From assembly GCA_049570475.1 (NCBI GenBank), contig CP186953.1:1024001-1088000 (forward strand): a stretch of DNA of 64,000 bases, read 5' to 3'. This stretch comes from Candidatus Methanosuratincola verstraetei (GTDB lineage Archaea > Thermoproteota > Methanomethylicia > Methanomethylicales > Methanomethylicaceae). This document shows, piece after piece, positions 51,233 to 60,617 of this stretch. Below the pieces are notes generated by a model that saw only the letters and a program-made list of their open reading frames with translations, made no database searches and was not told the origin of the DNA. Position 1 is the first letter of the stretch. Every line of letters starts with the position of its first letter. The position numbers were made by a program, and so were the translations under genes.

Positions 51233-51476
51233 ACCCCGCTAAACTGAAAAACTGCCCTGATGCGGGTTAGGATGGGCATCTTTCTTTTGACATGGGAGGC
51301 GTGCAACCGTGTAAGCGGGCTAGTTAGTGGTCTTGTCTTTGTCGTCCATGTCTCATTGATGCCGCTCCTTTTACATTGATCCTTTTTTGTCCATAACTGA
51401 AATGTAACTGGGCTCAAGTCGGTTCACCATTGGCAGAATTCTTGCGCTGGGGAATTAGGGCTGGTTGAGCTTGCAA

Positions 51477-51529
51477 TTTACGGAGTAATCATGAGAACGC
51501 CCACGAGCTTTAGCCGCGGGAGTATGTCA
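51477..51529 (+). repeat. IS200/IS605-end-like palindromic element, copy 2
   Basis: CCCACGAGC-TTTA-GCCGCGGGAG...GTCA; homologous to 25140-25192. Confidence 0.7.
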
Positions 51530-51673
51530 TGGAGCAAGACTCAGGTTGGGTCTTGGGGATTTTACCATTAAGCTGCTAGTCAGCCCGGAACCATCCCCGC
51601 TTGGCACCGATGGATATTAATTATGAGCTTGCGACGCACAAGCAATTCTGCTGCATTGCGCCGGGATTAGTTG

Positions 51674-51769
51674 TGGTGCGGCCACCGGGATTTGAACCCG
51701 GGTCATGGGCTCTCTTCGGTTGGAACGCCATGGAAGGCCGACGTCCTAACCAGGCTAGACTATGGCCGC
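51674..51769 (-). tRNA. tRNA-Gly(TCC) with a 19-nt intron at 37/38 (51712-51730); CCA encoded
   Basis: Acceptor GCGGCCA/TGGCCGC, loop CT-TCC-AA; BHB helix CTTC/GAAG with bulges CAT and AGA. Confidence 0.93.
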
Positions 51770-51927
51770 ACTTACTTTGAAAGGATAGCCTTTCTTTTTT
51801 TAACTTTTCGTCTGGCTGAATTAATTGCTTTTCCAGAGCATTTCCTCTATCGGAAGCTCTTTAACCATCCTCTCCTGCAGGAGTTTAAAATGATAGATTT
51901 TTCTGCCTTCTCGAGATCCCATTAACC

Positions 51928-52386
51928 ATGGCAGAACTGAAATTCTTGACCCATTCAACAAAATTCAAGTGCATGCGGTGCACCCGATGCTGTTCTCTTG
52001 ACGTGATGCTCAGCAGCATGGAAATCCGGCGCCTAGGCGCCAGCGCTGACAGGGGTTGGAGGACCACCAAGAAATCTTTCAGGGGCGGTCGCTTGGTCTG
52101 CTCCCTTCTGGACGGCGATGCCTGCACAATTTACAAAGAGAGGCCTATGCTGTGCCGTGTCTTTCCGTTCATCGCGATCCCTGAATCCGAGTTCCTGGAA
52201 ACAGGCTTTCAAGTCGATCCTGAGGCAATCAGAGTTAGTGCCCCAGACAACGAGACTTATGTTATAATCTATGATACTGAATGCCCGGGAATAGGCGAAG
52301 GGGATCCCCCAGATCCGAAGGAACTCTTGGATCTGACGATCAGGCACCTCCGCGAGATGTCTGAAACAGGATCCACAGGGAAATAG
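51928..52386 (+). CDS. YkgJ-family CxxCxxCC Zn/Fe-binding protein
   Basis: FKCMRCTRCC, CSLL, CTIY..RP..CR.FPF and CPGIG. Confidence 0.9.
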   Translation: MAELKFLTHSTKFKCMRCTRCCSLDVMLSSMEIRRLGASADRGWRTTKKSFRGGRLVCSLLDGDACTIYKERPMLCRVFPFIAIPESEFLETGFQVDPEAIRVSAPDNETYVIIYDTECPGIGEGDPPDPKELLDLTIRHLREMSETGSTGK

Positions 52387-52415
52387 CCAATCCACTAGGC
52401 TTTCTGGAAGTTTGG

Positions 52416-53303
52416 CTAGGAAAAATCCCTGCGATCGAATATGATCATTCCGAGCGCAGCGCAGACCAAGAAATATGCTGCCATGATTGCAATGCCGTTG
52501 AGGATCGGAGCATTGTAGGTCGTAAATGTGACCCGCCCGAGCTGGACCGTTACAATATGGGCTGGGTACGGGTCTTTCAGGACATTCCCGATTATCTCAG
52601 CACCGTAAGTGATCAGGAACCACGGCTCCATCTGAGCCAAGTTGCTGACCAGCGACTGGGTCAGAGGTAAGGCAAACAGGAAGAGTATGGCGGTGACGAG
52701 AATGGAGATCGAGCCGCTCTTGAATATTGAGCTGAAAAAGAATGTCACCCCGAGTATTGAAATCAGGTATAGGACAGAGAACGCCAGGGAAAGCCCGAAC
52801 TGGTAAGGCACATCGAGCCCGAAGTAATATACCCCATTTGCAACGGTCACTGCGGTAAAAGTGCCGAATACGGCGAGCGAGGCGATGAATGCAGCAGCCC
52901 ATTTGCCCGCGTAAATCGTGGACCGTTTGACTGGATTGACCACCAGGAAATAGCCAGTCTTGTTCTGGAACTCTCCAGAGATGGCATCCCCCCCAAAGAA
53001 GATCCCGGATAGGATCAGGATGTATGTGACTGCCAGGCCCCACCAGCTCGAGTAGAACCCGAGCGGAGAGGAGAGGAAACCTGAGGGACGGTAATATGCG
53101 ACTACAGCCGTCAAAAGTCCGCTTATTATCAGAGTGATTGCCAGCAGAACATAAAACCTCCTGCTCCTGAGGTAATTCGTTAGCTCATACTTTGCAATTG
53201 TTTTGAGCTGAGACGCGCTTCTTGGGATGGCGCGCTCCGGCACGTTTTCGATCCGCATCGTTTCCCCAGATCCTTCCATTCTATCAGCCATGCGATCAAT
53301 CAC
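52416..53303 (-). CDS. ABC-2 type transporter permease
   Basis: DAISGEF..KT...L..PVKR..I..GK; about six TM helices. Confidence 0.88.
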   Translation of the reverse strand: MIDRMADRMEGSGETMRIENVPERAIPRSASQLKTIAKYELTNYLRSRRFYVLLAITLIISGLLTAVVAYYRPSGFLSSPLGFYSSWWGLAVTYILILSGIFFGGDAISGEFQNKTGYFLVVNPVKRSTIYAGKWAAAFIASLAVFGTFTAVTVANGVYYFGLDVPYQFGLSLAFSVLYLISILGVTFFFSSIFKSGSISILVTAILFLFALPLTQSLVSNLAQMEPWFLITYGAEIIGNVLKDPYPAHIVTVQLGRVTFTTYNAPILNGIAIMAAYFLVCAALGMIIFDRRDFS

Positions 53304-54247
53304 CTCGAGTCCTTCACAAGCCTTAGATAGGTTTCCTCCAGTGCGGAAGACGAGGATTTGAAAGCAATGAGCCCAACCCCCAAACCTGCAATCTTCGCCA
53401 GGATCCGCTCCTGTGCCTCATTCCCGCCCTCAAAGCTCAATATTAGTCTCCTGGGCTCGACGAGCTTCAAACCCAAAACCCCCTCTGTCGATCCGATCTC
53501 CTTCAATGCATCACTACTCAGGTCCCTTGAAAATGATGCCTCGCATTCCCTGGCATTGCCAACCGACAGTGCCGAAGTCAACCTCTCTAATGTGTCATAT
53601 GCCAGGAGCCTCCCGTGATCCAATATCGCTACCTCGTCGCAGATCTCGGTCACCTCGCTCAAGAGGTGCGAGCTCATGAATATCAGCCTGTCCTTCTTCT
53701 TGAGCCCCTTGACGATCTCCCTCACCTCGGCCATCCCCCTCGGATCCAGCCCGGAAGAAGGCTCGTCCAGCAGCATTATCATCGGATCCGAAATGAGCGC
53801 AGCAGCCAAGTTGACCCTCTGCCTCATGCCCTTGGACAGTTTCCCGCACTTCATGTCTATCCATTCCTCCATCTTCACCTCCGAGATCGCCTTCATCACC
53901 GCGTCCTTCCGGGCTGCTGATGGGACCCCCCTGATCTCTGCTACCATCATTAGGGCCTCCTTCACGGAGAGCGCGGGGTAGATCTCGGGGGTCTCTATCA
54001 GCGCCCCGCAGGTCGAGAGCGCAGCCTTCTTGTCCTCTTGGACGTCGATACCATTAATCAGTGCCTTGCCCTTGGTGGGGCGGATCAATCCTGTGAGTAT
54101 CTTCAGTGCTGTAGTCTTTCCGGCCCCGTTCGGTCCAAGGAACCCTACGCATTTTGCCCCTTCGAGTCGGAGGCTCAGATCAGAGAGGGCGCAGAATGAG
54201 TTGTAGCACTTCGTAAGATCCACTGCTTCGATCGAGGGGTTAACCAT
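53300..54247 (-). CDS. ABC transporter ATP-binding subunit
   Basis: GPNGAGKT, LSKGM, LLDEPSSGLDP and SSH; start set at ATG 54247. Confidence 0.94.
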   Translation of the reverse strand: MVNPSIEAVDLTKCYNSFCALSDLSLRLEGAKCVGFLGPNGAGKTTALKILTGLIRPTKGKALINGIDVQEDKKAALSTCGALIETPEIYPALSVKEALMMVAEIRGVPSAARKDAVMKAISEVKMEEWIDMKCGKLSKGMRQRVNLAAALISDPMIMLLDEPSSGLDPRGMAEVREIVKGLKKKDRLIFMSSHLLSEVTEICDEVAILDHGRLLAYDTLERLTSALSVGNARECEASFSRDLSSDALKEIGSTEGVLGLKLVEPRRLILSFEGGNEAQERILAKIAGLGVGLIAFKSSSSALEETYLRLVKDSR

Positions 54248-54458
54248 GGCATTTTCCTCGTGACTAGGTAAAGGATATGGTGGCATCAATTTAAGGGTGG
54301 CGAAGTTCGATTTTTCGAAATGGGCGCCTTTTGACATGAGCAATGCAGGGCTGTTTTTGAAGCATCAGGCATATTGCAGTTATCAATTTTAGTTTAAAAA
54401 CAGTTACAAAGTATATTTTATTAAGCACTTTGTGAAACATTCTATCGGAAGTGAGTAA

Positions 54459-54731
54459 TTGCCCCAAAGGGAGATCGAGGAAGCTTCTCTCCTACTAGCG
54501 TTCACGGTCTCCATTGTTGACGTCAGATATCTCAACCTATTGAGCAGATTTTTTTGGCCTATTATTGATTACATAACTTCTTCCTTTTCAACTCCCCCGC
54601 TTGGCTTAGAAGGTCTTGCTTTATTCGAGTCGATTATGCGTCAGCTGGTGGTTTTTACAATCGATCTGACCATCTATTTTGTGATATTCTATATCTTAAT
54701 CGCCCTCCTACGAAGAAGCGCCTTCAGATAG
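54459..54731 (+). CDS. Small hypothetical membrane protein
   Basis: 90-aa ORF with hydrophobic segments after an AT-rich promoter-like tract. Confidence 0.55.
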   Translation: MPQREIEEASLLLAFTVSIVDVRYLNLLSRFFWPIIDYITSSFSTPPLGLEGLALFESIMRQLVVFTIDLTIYFVIFYILIALLRRSAFR

Positions 54732-54846
54732 CAAACTCAATTAATAAATTTGCATGATTAAATTTTTCGGACAAATTGTTAGAATCTTCGGAAAAAACTA
54801 AAAATTTATAGTCTCCTCTTGTTATAAAATGACATGGTGGTGTTTT

Positions 54847-55176
54847 TTGAGCAAAAAACAATTGGAAGTGGAGGTTTGGGGCGCAAACGTACTTGACTTG
54901 ATGAATTTTCCTGGAATAAAAGTAGAATTTGTCAGGTACAAGGGCTGCGACAACGAGAGTTGCGGTCATATTGAGCATGACCCCATTGACAAAGTATACA
55001 AGGTGACGTTCCCAGAGGGGACGAAGGTGAGGAAAGCGCCGCAAGAAAAAGGAACTGAATACGAGGTTCCTGACGGGCCTGTTATCAGAATCGTCCAGGG
55101 TGGAGACTTCCACGACAAAGTTCTGATAATGGAATCTAAGAAAAAGTCGAAAGAGCCAAAGATGGGTCTCGGATAA
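54847..55176 (+). CDS. Hypothetical protein with a CxxxxCxHxxH motif
   Basis: TTG start after GGTGGTG; purine-rich coding bias; CDNESCGHIEHD. Confidence 0.7.
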   Translation: MSKKQLEVEVWGANVLDLMNFPGIKVEFVRYKGCDNESCGHIEHDPIDKVYKVTFPEGTKVRKAPQEKGTEYEVPDGPVIRIVQGGDFHDKVLIMESKKKSKEPKMGLG

Positions 55177-55241
55177 ATTGACCCTCTTCTTTTATATCAC
55201 ATAGCTGAAAAATAGTTCAAGGGAAAATTTGGTGAGTTGTA

Positions 55242-55520
55242 ATGAAAGGCGCGTTGGTCTTTATAGTGGTTTTCCTTATAGGAGTCGTGGTGACGACATC
55301 TAACACATCTATACCTCCAGGACTCAACATATACTACATGCTTGGTTTTCCTGACACCAACTATCCAATACTCGGCCTCCCTGCACCAGTCTTTGCAGCC
55401 TCGATTTTAAATGGGGTAATTTATGGGATAATTGCGTGGCTGCTTTACTCTTTGGCGGCCTCTACAAGAAAGCAAAAGTTAGAAGTCGTAGTCAAGCAAG
55501 AGCCTCCTAAAGGAACTTGA
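55242..55520 (+). CDS. Small two-TM hypothetical protein
   Basis: GGTGA RBS, two hydrophobic helices and a T-tract after the stop. Confidence 0.75.
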   Translation: MKGALVFIVVFLIGVVVTTSNTSIPPGLNIYYMLGFPDTNYPILGLPAPVFAASILNGVIYGIIAWLLYSLAASTRKQKLEVVVKQEPPKGT

Positions 55521-55521
55521 C

Positions 55522-55529
55522 TTTTTTTT
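55522..55529 (+). terminator. Oligo-T terminator
   Basis: T8 directly after the stop codon of 55242-55520. Confidence 0.5.
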
Positions 55530-55533
55530 GTGA

Positions 55534-55612
55534 TGGTGGGGCCGTCGGGATTTGAACCCGAGATCACAAGCGCCCCAGGCTTGCATCCTGGTCCAAGCTA
55601 GACTACGGCCCC
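55534..55612 (-). tRNA. tRNA-Pro(GGG), no intron, CCA encoded
   Basis: GGGGCCG/CGGCCCC, CAAGC-CTGGGGC-GCTTG and TTCAAAT. Confidence 0.96.
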
Positions 55613-55753
55613 GATTCACAATTCTACTGATGGAGAAAATATCAGCATGCTAATAAAGGTTAGGAATCTTCTTGCCTGCAGGCTGAGATACATGAGCCTT
55701 AGCTGCCAATCTTGATCTGCAAACAAAATTCAAGGACTAAAAAAATTAAGAGT

Positions 55754-55903
55754 TTATTCTTTCTTTTCGTCCTTAGAGACCGCCTCTTTTGCGCCCTTGC
55801 CAAATGCTTTGGCAACGCCGATCCCTTTCTTCAGCCCCTTCCCTATTACCTCTCCTGTCTTTTCAGCAGCCTCTTCAACCTTGCCTTTCTTCTCCTCTGG
55901 CAC
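55754..55903 (-). CDS. 49-aa Lys/Glu/Gly-rich small protein
   Basis: Not in the track; AGGTGA RBS plus GTG; MPEEKKGKVEEAAEKTGEVIGKGLKKGIGVAKAFGKGAKEAVSKDEKKE. Confidence 0.75.
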   Translation of the reverse strand: MPEEKKGKVEEAAEKTGEVIGKGLKKGIGVAKAFGKGAKEAVSKDEKKE

Positions 55904-55977
55904 TTTGTTCACCTAAAAATAGATGTTAGTTTTTGTGTAAAAAAAGGTATTTGTTTTTGTGAAGCTTGTTGGCACTT

Positions 55978-56256
55978 CTAAAACTCCATGGCCTTGGCGT
56001 GCCAGGAAATCCACTCCGGGATGTCGCCGTTATCGATTATCATCTTGAGGTAGTATCGTATCGGTTTCCCTTCCTTCTTGCTCCAGCTCTGGGATCTCCT
56101 GATCGACCACCTGAGCGCGTCCTCTACAATCTTCTGCATTATCGGGCTGCTGCTGAATCGCTCTATCCAGTACTCCTTGGTCCCCCCGATCTTTCTTGCC
56201 ATCTCCTCTGGGAGCTCCGTCAAGAGGCCTTGGATCTCCGTCTCAAGCTCGTTCAT
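55978..56256 (-). CDS. Hypothetical protein, 92 aa
   Basis: ATG 56256; helical, Trp-containing ORF with coding-like composition. Confidence 0.6.
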   Translation of the reverse strand: MNELETEIQGLLTELPEEMARKIGGTKEYWIERFSSSPIMQKIVEDALRWSIRRSQSWSKKEGKPIRYYLKMIIDNGDIPEWISWHAKAMEF

Positions 56257-56499
56257 CGCAAAGCATCTTTCTATCATCCTTTTGGTGGCCTCAGAAAACT
56301 GCAACCTTTGGTTGCGCCTCCGCCCGAATAACTTGCTTTTATGGTATATAAAACTATACGATCTATAATTATAAATTATAATTTTGTAAAGCAAAAACCT
56401 GGCATTGTAAAATTGGCCTCCGCTGGTTGAATGCACTCAAAATCTAAAGGTGAAAAACAAAAAGTCCAAACTAATCTTCACACGGTTAAGAAGGTCAGT

Positions 56500-56637
56500 T
56501 TACCGCCTTCTTGGGCCTCTGCGCTTAGCGTAGCAGTCCCTGCAATACACAGGCCTAGTCCCGTCCGGCTTGAAAGGAACTTCGCATTCCTGGCCGCACT
56601 CGGAACAGACTGCCTTGTGCATCTCTCTACTTGCCAT
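56500..56637 (-). CDS. CxxC-x17-CxxC zinc-ribbon small protein
   Basis: Not in the track; MASREMHKAVCSECGQECEVPFKPDGTRPVYCRDCYAKRRGPRRR; AGGAGTG RBS. Confidence 0.9.
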   Translation of the reverse strand: MASREMHKAVCSECGQECEVPFKPDGTRPVYCRDCYAKRRGPRRR

Positions 56638-56772
56638 TTCTTTCACTCCTATTTTATTTGATGCAAATTTCTTTGCACAAACTCCCCAAGAAGTGATCTG
56701 CTATTAAGCCTTTCTATCGACCATGCAATCAGAAACTCCATTTTGTTCCATTTTCTGATCGCTCGATCCAAT

Positions 56773-56829
56773 GCCAGTCGGGTAAGTTCTCGTCATCCCG
56801 AAGTCCGAGACTCTCCTTCATCAACGGCC
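56773..56829 (-). ncRNA. Box C/D methylation-guide sRNA targeting 23S rRNA
   Basis: Minus strand reads TTGATGA-AGGAGAGTCT-CGGA-CTTCGGG-ATGACGA-GAACTTAC-CCGA; 13-nt antisense to the conserved 23S sequence GUCGGGUAAGUUC. Confidence 0.75.
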
Positions 56830-56869
56830 GAGTTTATTCCTCGGCCTCAAGACATGATTCTCTGATCTG

Positions 56870-57616
56870 TTAATAAAGCTTGAGATGGGAAGCGAGTCTT
56901 TCCAAGACCCGATCCGATGGTGCAGCCTTGTACTCTTTCATTATTTGCGCAATAATTCCCCTGTCCCACGTGAGGTGAGCCCCAAGCAGCCTGGAAATGC
57001 TTTCCTTGAAAAACAGGTAGCTTACTACTGAAGTCAGGTTCCTGCACTTCCTCGACCTGCTTGCGCTCTCAAAGTCGATTATGCGCGCCCTGCTCCCCTC
57101 GCTTATTATTATGTGCTTCTTGGCGTCCGATAGCTCACCGTGGTCCAGACCGTGCAAGTCAAGGGACAGGCACTGCCCTAAGATGTCCAGGACAGCCCGC
57201 TTGACCGCCTCTGTCCGCGGCTCCTCCTCGATCCACCTTGCGAAATTCTTCCCGCTTATGTGCTCCATGGCTATCGCATTCCTTCTTGCGCCGTAAAGCC
57301 TGGGGCCAACCCCGAACGAGTTCGCGTACTCCAGGTATGGTGCCTCTCCTTCAAGGCTTTCCCTGGGCGAGTCGCTCCTCCTTATCTTCAACGCGACGTT
57401 GCTGCCACTGATCACTCCCAGGCAGACCACTCCAGCGCAGCCTTTGCCTATCAGCCTGGCGTCGCCCGCCTCCAGATCTCCGACGAGTGCCACTCCCTCT
57501 ACCCCCAAAGCCCTCAGGTCAGCGAGCACCGCTTCATAGTGGGCAAATGAGAAGTGGGGGTAGGAGAATGCTGCCTTGAGCCTCACGTCCTCAAGGGGGA
57601 CGACTACTCCAGCCAT
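56870..57616 (-). CDS. RIO-like Ser/Thr protein kinase (COG2112 type)
   Basis: IGKG..GVV, VALKIRR.D, GVGPRL, DHGELS and IIDFESA. Confidence 0.88.
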   Translation of the reverse strand: MAGVVVPLEDVRLKAAFSYPHFSFAHYEAVLADLRALGVEGVALVGDLEAGDARLIGKGCAGVVCLGVISGSNVALKIRRSDSPRESLEGEAPYLEYANSFGVGPRLYGARRNAIAMEHISGKNFARWIEEEPRTEAVKRAVLDILGQCLSLDLHGLDHGELSDAKKHIIISEGSRARIIDFESASRSRKCRNLTSVVSYLFFKESISRLLGAHLTWDRGIIAQIMKEYKAAPSDRVLERLASHLKLY

Positions 57617-59007
57617 ATGGGTCTCTTCCTCAAGAACCTGAAGATCTCCAGCAGAAGGTCCCGCCTCTCCGATGAACGCCTGATCAGCTCGCCTACTGAA
57701 ATTATGCTGAAGCCTTGCCTGATTTCGGCAGCGAGGTCTGGGCTCAGCTGCATCTTCGGGAGGCTCTCCTCTAGCACCTTCCTGGCATCAGTGGCAACCC
57801 TCCTCCTGATTACACACCACCTGTCGCCAGAGATGAAAGGTCCAGCGATAGTCCTTGCGCTCCCCAGGTGCTTCTCGAGGAATCTCTCCTCGTCTTCTGG
57901 GAAGATTGCGGATGGGCCTGGGTGGATCTCAGCCTCAGGAAGCCTGCCCTCCTGAAGCTCGAGCAGGAAGATCACCCTCTCCTCCTCATCCGACCAAGCA
58001 TGGGCATCAAGAAGTGTGAACCCCTTCTCCTTGAGCAGGCCAGAAATCTTTGAGAGGCTGTGGTGGATTTCCCCCCATAGCACGTCCGAAGGGACGCTGG
58101 GGCAGGCTGTTTCTATCGCAATCAACTCAGTCCCCCTCCCCTCCGCCATCCCCATCAGCTCGCCCAATTCGATCTGGTCGGTCTGGGGGAAGAAGAAAGC
58201 GATTGATGGCCTCCTCAGGAAATGGCGCGATGCCGAGATGAAGGTTGCGAGAGCGCGAAGGGACACTGCTGCCGCGGCATTTCTGCCCCTGTCCACCGGG
58301 TCTACAACAACAAGGGGTGAATCGAATGCATCAAGGGCAGATCCGTGGCTGTAATGCCCTTCTATGTCTATTACCTCCCTCGTCCGCCATTCCGCGGCCA
58401 TTCTAAGGGTCTCCTCAAAATTGCCGTACCTGATTATGAGGAGCTCGCAGAGATAGCCGGAGAAGCCGCCAACCTTCAGCTCTGCCCCGTAGACCCCGAT
58501 CCCTTTCATGAACTGCTTCAGGACCCTCACTTCGTCCTTCCCATCCTCACTGAGCCTCTCCCGCACGTATCTTGTGTGCAAGGGGGTCCTGTCGACCGCG
58601 GTCATCGCCTTTTTGCCGGGCACGAGCTCCCCGCTCGGCACTATGTCCATCTTGCAGCCGAGCACCTCCGTCTCGATATATGGGTGCTCCGCATAACCTT
58701 CCTTCCACCTCTCCCCTGCGCCTGCCTTTGCAAGTTCCAGTCCAACGCCGGTTATGGTCTCCCTCCCGGCACTGGGCGGGAATATGATGAAAAGATCAAC
58801 GTCCCTGTCCGTGGAGATCCATGTGTCCTTGGCAATGGACCCCTCCACTTCAACCCTCACTTCCAGCCCCTTCCTCCTCGCTGCCTCAAGGATCCTCCCC
58901 TTGGCGACCTCCACCGCCCTGAGGATCTCCTCCCTGTCCCCCTTCGTCGGTCTTACCCTCTTCAGGACCTCATACTTGACTGTTGAGATCTCTCGCCCAT
59001 CATTCAA
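57604..59007 (-). CDS. cca: Class I CCA-adding enzyme
   Basis: GSIAKDTW..DVDLF, YAEHPY, AVDRTPLH, GVYGAE..GFSGYLCE and DPVD..RN. Confidence 0.97.
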   Translation of the reverse strand: MNDGREISTVKYEVLKRVRPTKGDREEILRAVEVAKGRILEAARRKGLEVRVEVEGSIAKDTWISTDRDVDLFIIFPPSAGRETITGVGLELAKAGAGERWKEGYAEHPYIETEVLGCKMDIVPSGELVPGKKAMTAVDRTPLHTRYVRERLSEDGKDEVRVLKQFMKGIGVYGAELKVGGFSGYLCELLIIRYGNFEETLRMAAEWRTREVIDIEGHYSHGSALDAFDSPLVVVDPVDRGRNAAAAVSLRALATFISASRHFLRRPSIAFFFPQTDQIELGELMGMAEGRGTELIAIETACPSVPSDVLWGEIHHSLSKISGLLKEKGFTLLDAHAWSDEEERVIFLLELQEGRLPEAEIHPGPSAIFPEDEERFLEKHLGSARTIAGPFISGDRWCVIRRRVATDARKVLEESLPKMQLSPDLAAEIRQGFSIISVGELIRRSSERRDLLLEIFRFLRKRPIWLE

Positions 59008-59557
59008 ATGGGAACACCTTCAGGTTTGAATAGATGGGGCCTGCGCCTGTGAGCGTGCTCTTCTTGAGGACTAGCCGGTCTACCAGAGTCGTGCCGAAGA
59101 CTGTCTGTGAGTGGCTGTCCAAGATATTCAGCAGGGCTTCCCTGTTTCTTGGGGACCTTACCCTTCCGACCGTTATGTGGGGGACGAACCTCTTCTCCTT
59201 CGGGAATCCGAACCTCCAAAGCGCTTCATCAAGTTTCCTGGCGACTTCCGTCACCTCGCCTGCGCCCTTACCGATCCCGACCCACATCACCCTTATCATA
59301 CGCCTGTCTGGAAATGCGCCTGCACCCCTCGCCTCAAGCTCGAACCTCCTCATCTTAATGCTCTCCAGCGCGCCCGAGATCTCATCGATCTTAGAGAGCG
59401 GCACCTCCCCCAAGAATTTCATTGTCACGTGTAGGTTCTCCGCCTCCACTGCCTTGACATCTGCGCCAGACCTAGCTACCTCTTTCCCGAGATCAGCTAT
59501 CCTCTGCCTCATGTCGTCAGATATCTCGAGAGCGAAGAAAGCCCTCACCGATTCCAT
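59000..59557 (-). CDS. thpR: RNA 2',3'-cyclic phosphodiesterase (2'-5' RNA ligase, 2H family)
   Basis: HVTMKFLG and PHITVGR HxT motifs; GPIY. Confidence 0.94.
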   Translation of the reverse strand: MESVRAFFALEISDDMRQRIADLGKEVARSGADVKAVEAENLHVTMKFLGEVPLSKIDEISGALESIKMRRFELEARGAGAFPDRRMIRVMWVGIGKGAGEVTEVARKLDEALWRFGFPKEKRFVPHITVGRVRSPRNREALLNILDSHSQTVFGTTLVDRLVLKKSTLTGAGPIYSNLKVFPFE

Positions 59558-59619
59558 ACCATACCACTCTGGATAACCGTTATATGCGGATACTTTTAAC
59601 TTCTTTTTCGGGGAGCTTA

Positions 59620-60162
59620 GTGATATACTGCATAACGGGGATGCCCGGATCGGGCAAGTCTGTAGTCTCTGACACCGCCCGCTTGATGGGGCTCACAGTC
59701 TTGAACATGGGCGACGTGATAAGGGATGAGGCCAGGGCAAGGGGGATCCAGGTCACCCCTGAGTCTTTGGGGGCGCTGATGCTCGACCTGCGGAGGGAAC
59801 ACGGTAACAGCGTCGTAGCGAAGAAATGCCTTGAGAGGGCCCCTAAGAACGGCTCGCCCATCGTTATAGAAGGCATCAGGAGCCTCGACGAGCTCAACTA
59901 CCTGCGGTCAAACGAGGACATCTTCCTCATAGCCGTCCATGCCTCCCCAAAGACACGATTCGAGCGCCTCCTCAAGCGTGGGAGGGCGGACGATCCCAAA
60001 GACTGGAAAAGCTTCGAGGAGAGGGATATGCGGGAGCTTGGCGTGGGTCTTGGATCGGTAATCGCTTTGGCTGACCTTGTGCTGATCAACGAGGGACCCA
60101 TCCCGGACCTTGTCGACTCCGCCAAGCGCATATTCAGCGGTGAGTTTAGATGGCGCGGGTAG
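59620..60162 (+). CDS. UPF0200 nucleotide kinase-like P-loop protein
   Basis: ITGMPGSGKS, MGDVIR, IEGIRS..E, RGR.DD and RD.REL. Confidence 0.88.
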   Translation: MIYCITGMPGSGKSVVSDTARLMGLTVLNMGDVIRDEARARGIQVTPESLGALMLDLRREHGNSVVAKKCLERAPKNGSPIVIEGIRSLDELNYLRSNEDIFLIAVHASPKTRFERLLKRGRADDPKDWKSFEERDMRELGVGLGSVIALADLVLINEGPIPDLVDSAKRIFSGEFRWRG

Positions 60163-60617
60163 TTGTTGAGGCGGAGGTACGATCCACCGAGGATGAGGAG
60201 AAGGTAGCGAGGGCGGTCTCCAACTTGACCGGAACAAAGCCTTACCGCATCGTGCAGAGGGGACAACAGAGGATCCTCGTCCAGGAAGGCGACGAATCGA
60301 TGCTGGTGACTCTGAGGCAGCTCCTACGCAGGGAGCGCATACTAGACGCGGCAAGAAAGCTCATGCTGAGAGGGGTCAGGGGCAACCAGTTCACCTTCTA
60401 CATCAACAAGCAGGTAGCCTATGCTGGGCACGTGTCCTTCTGCATGCCCGAAGGGGAGTCCCCATTGGGACCGATCAAGTTCACCGTCGAGACCGAGGAC
60501 CCAAAATCATTTATTGACTGGCTTGCAACTAGGACTGTGGACGGGAGGCCAATAGATGAGGTATGCCAATCGGGATATCCACACTCTGCACGTTCGGAGA
60601 GACCTTCACGAAAATAG
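60150..60617 (+). CDS. UPF0201/DUF54 RNA-binding protein
   Basis: TEDEEKV, ILDAAR, NKQVA..G and SPLGPI. Confidence 0.9.
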   Translation: MARVVVEAEVRSTEDEEKVARAVSNLTGTKPYRIVQRGQQRILVQEGDESMLVTLRQLLRRERILDAARKLMLRGVRGNQFTFYINKQVAYAGHVSFCMPEGESPLGPIKFTVETEDPKSFIDWLATRTVDGRPIDEVCQSGYPHSARSERPSRK

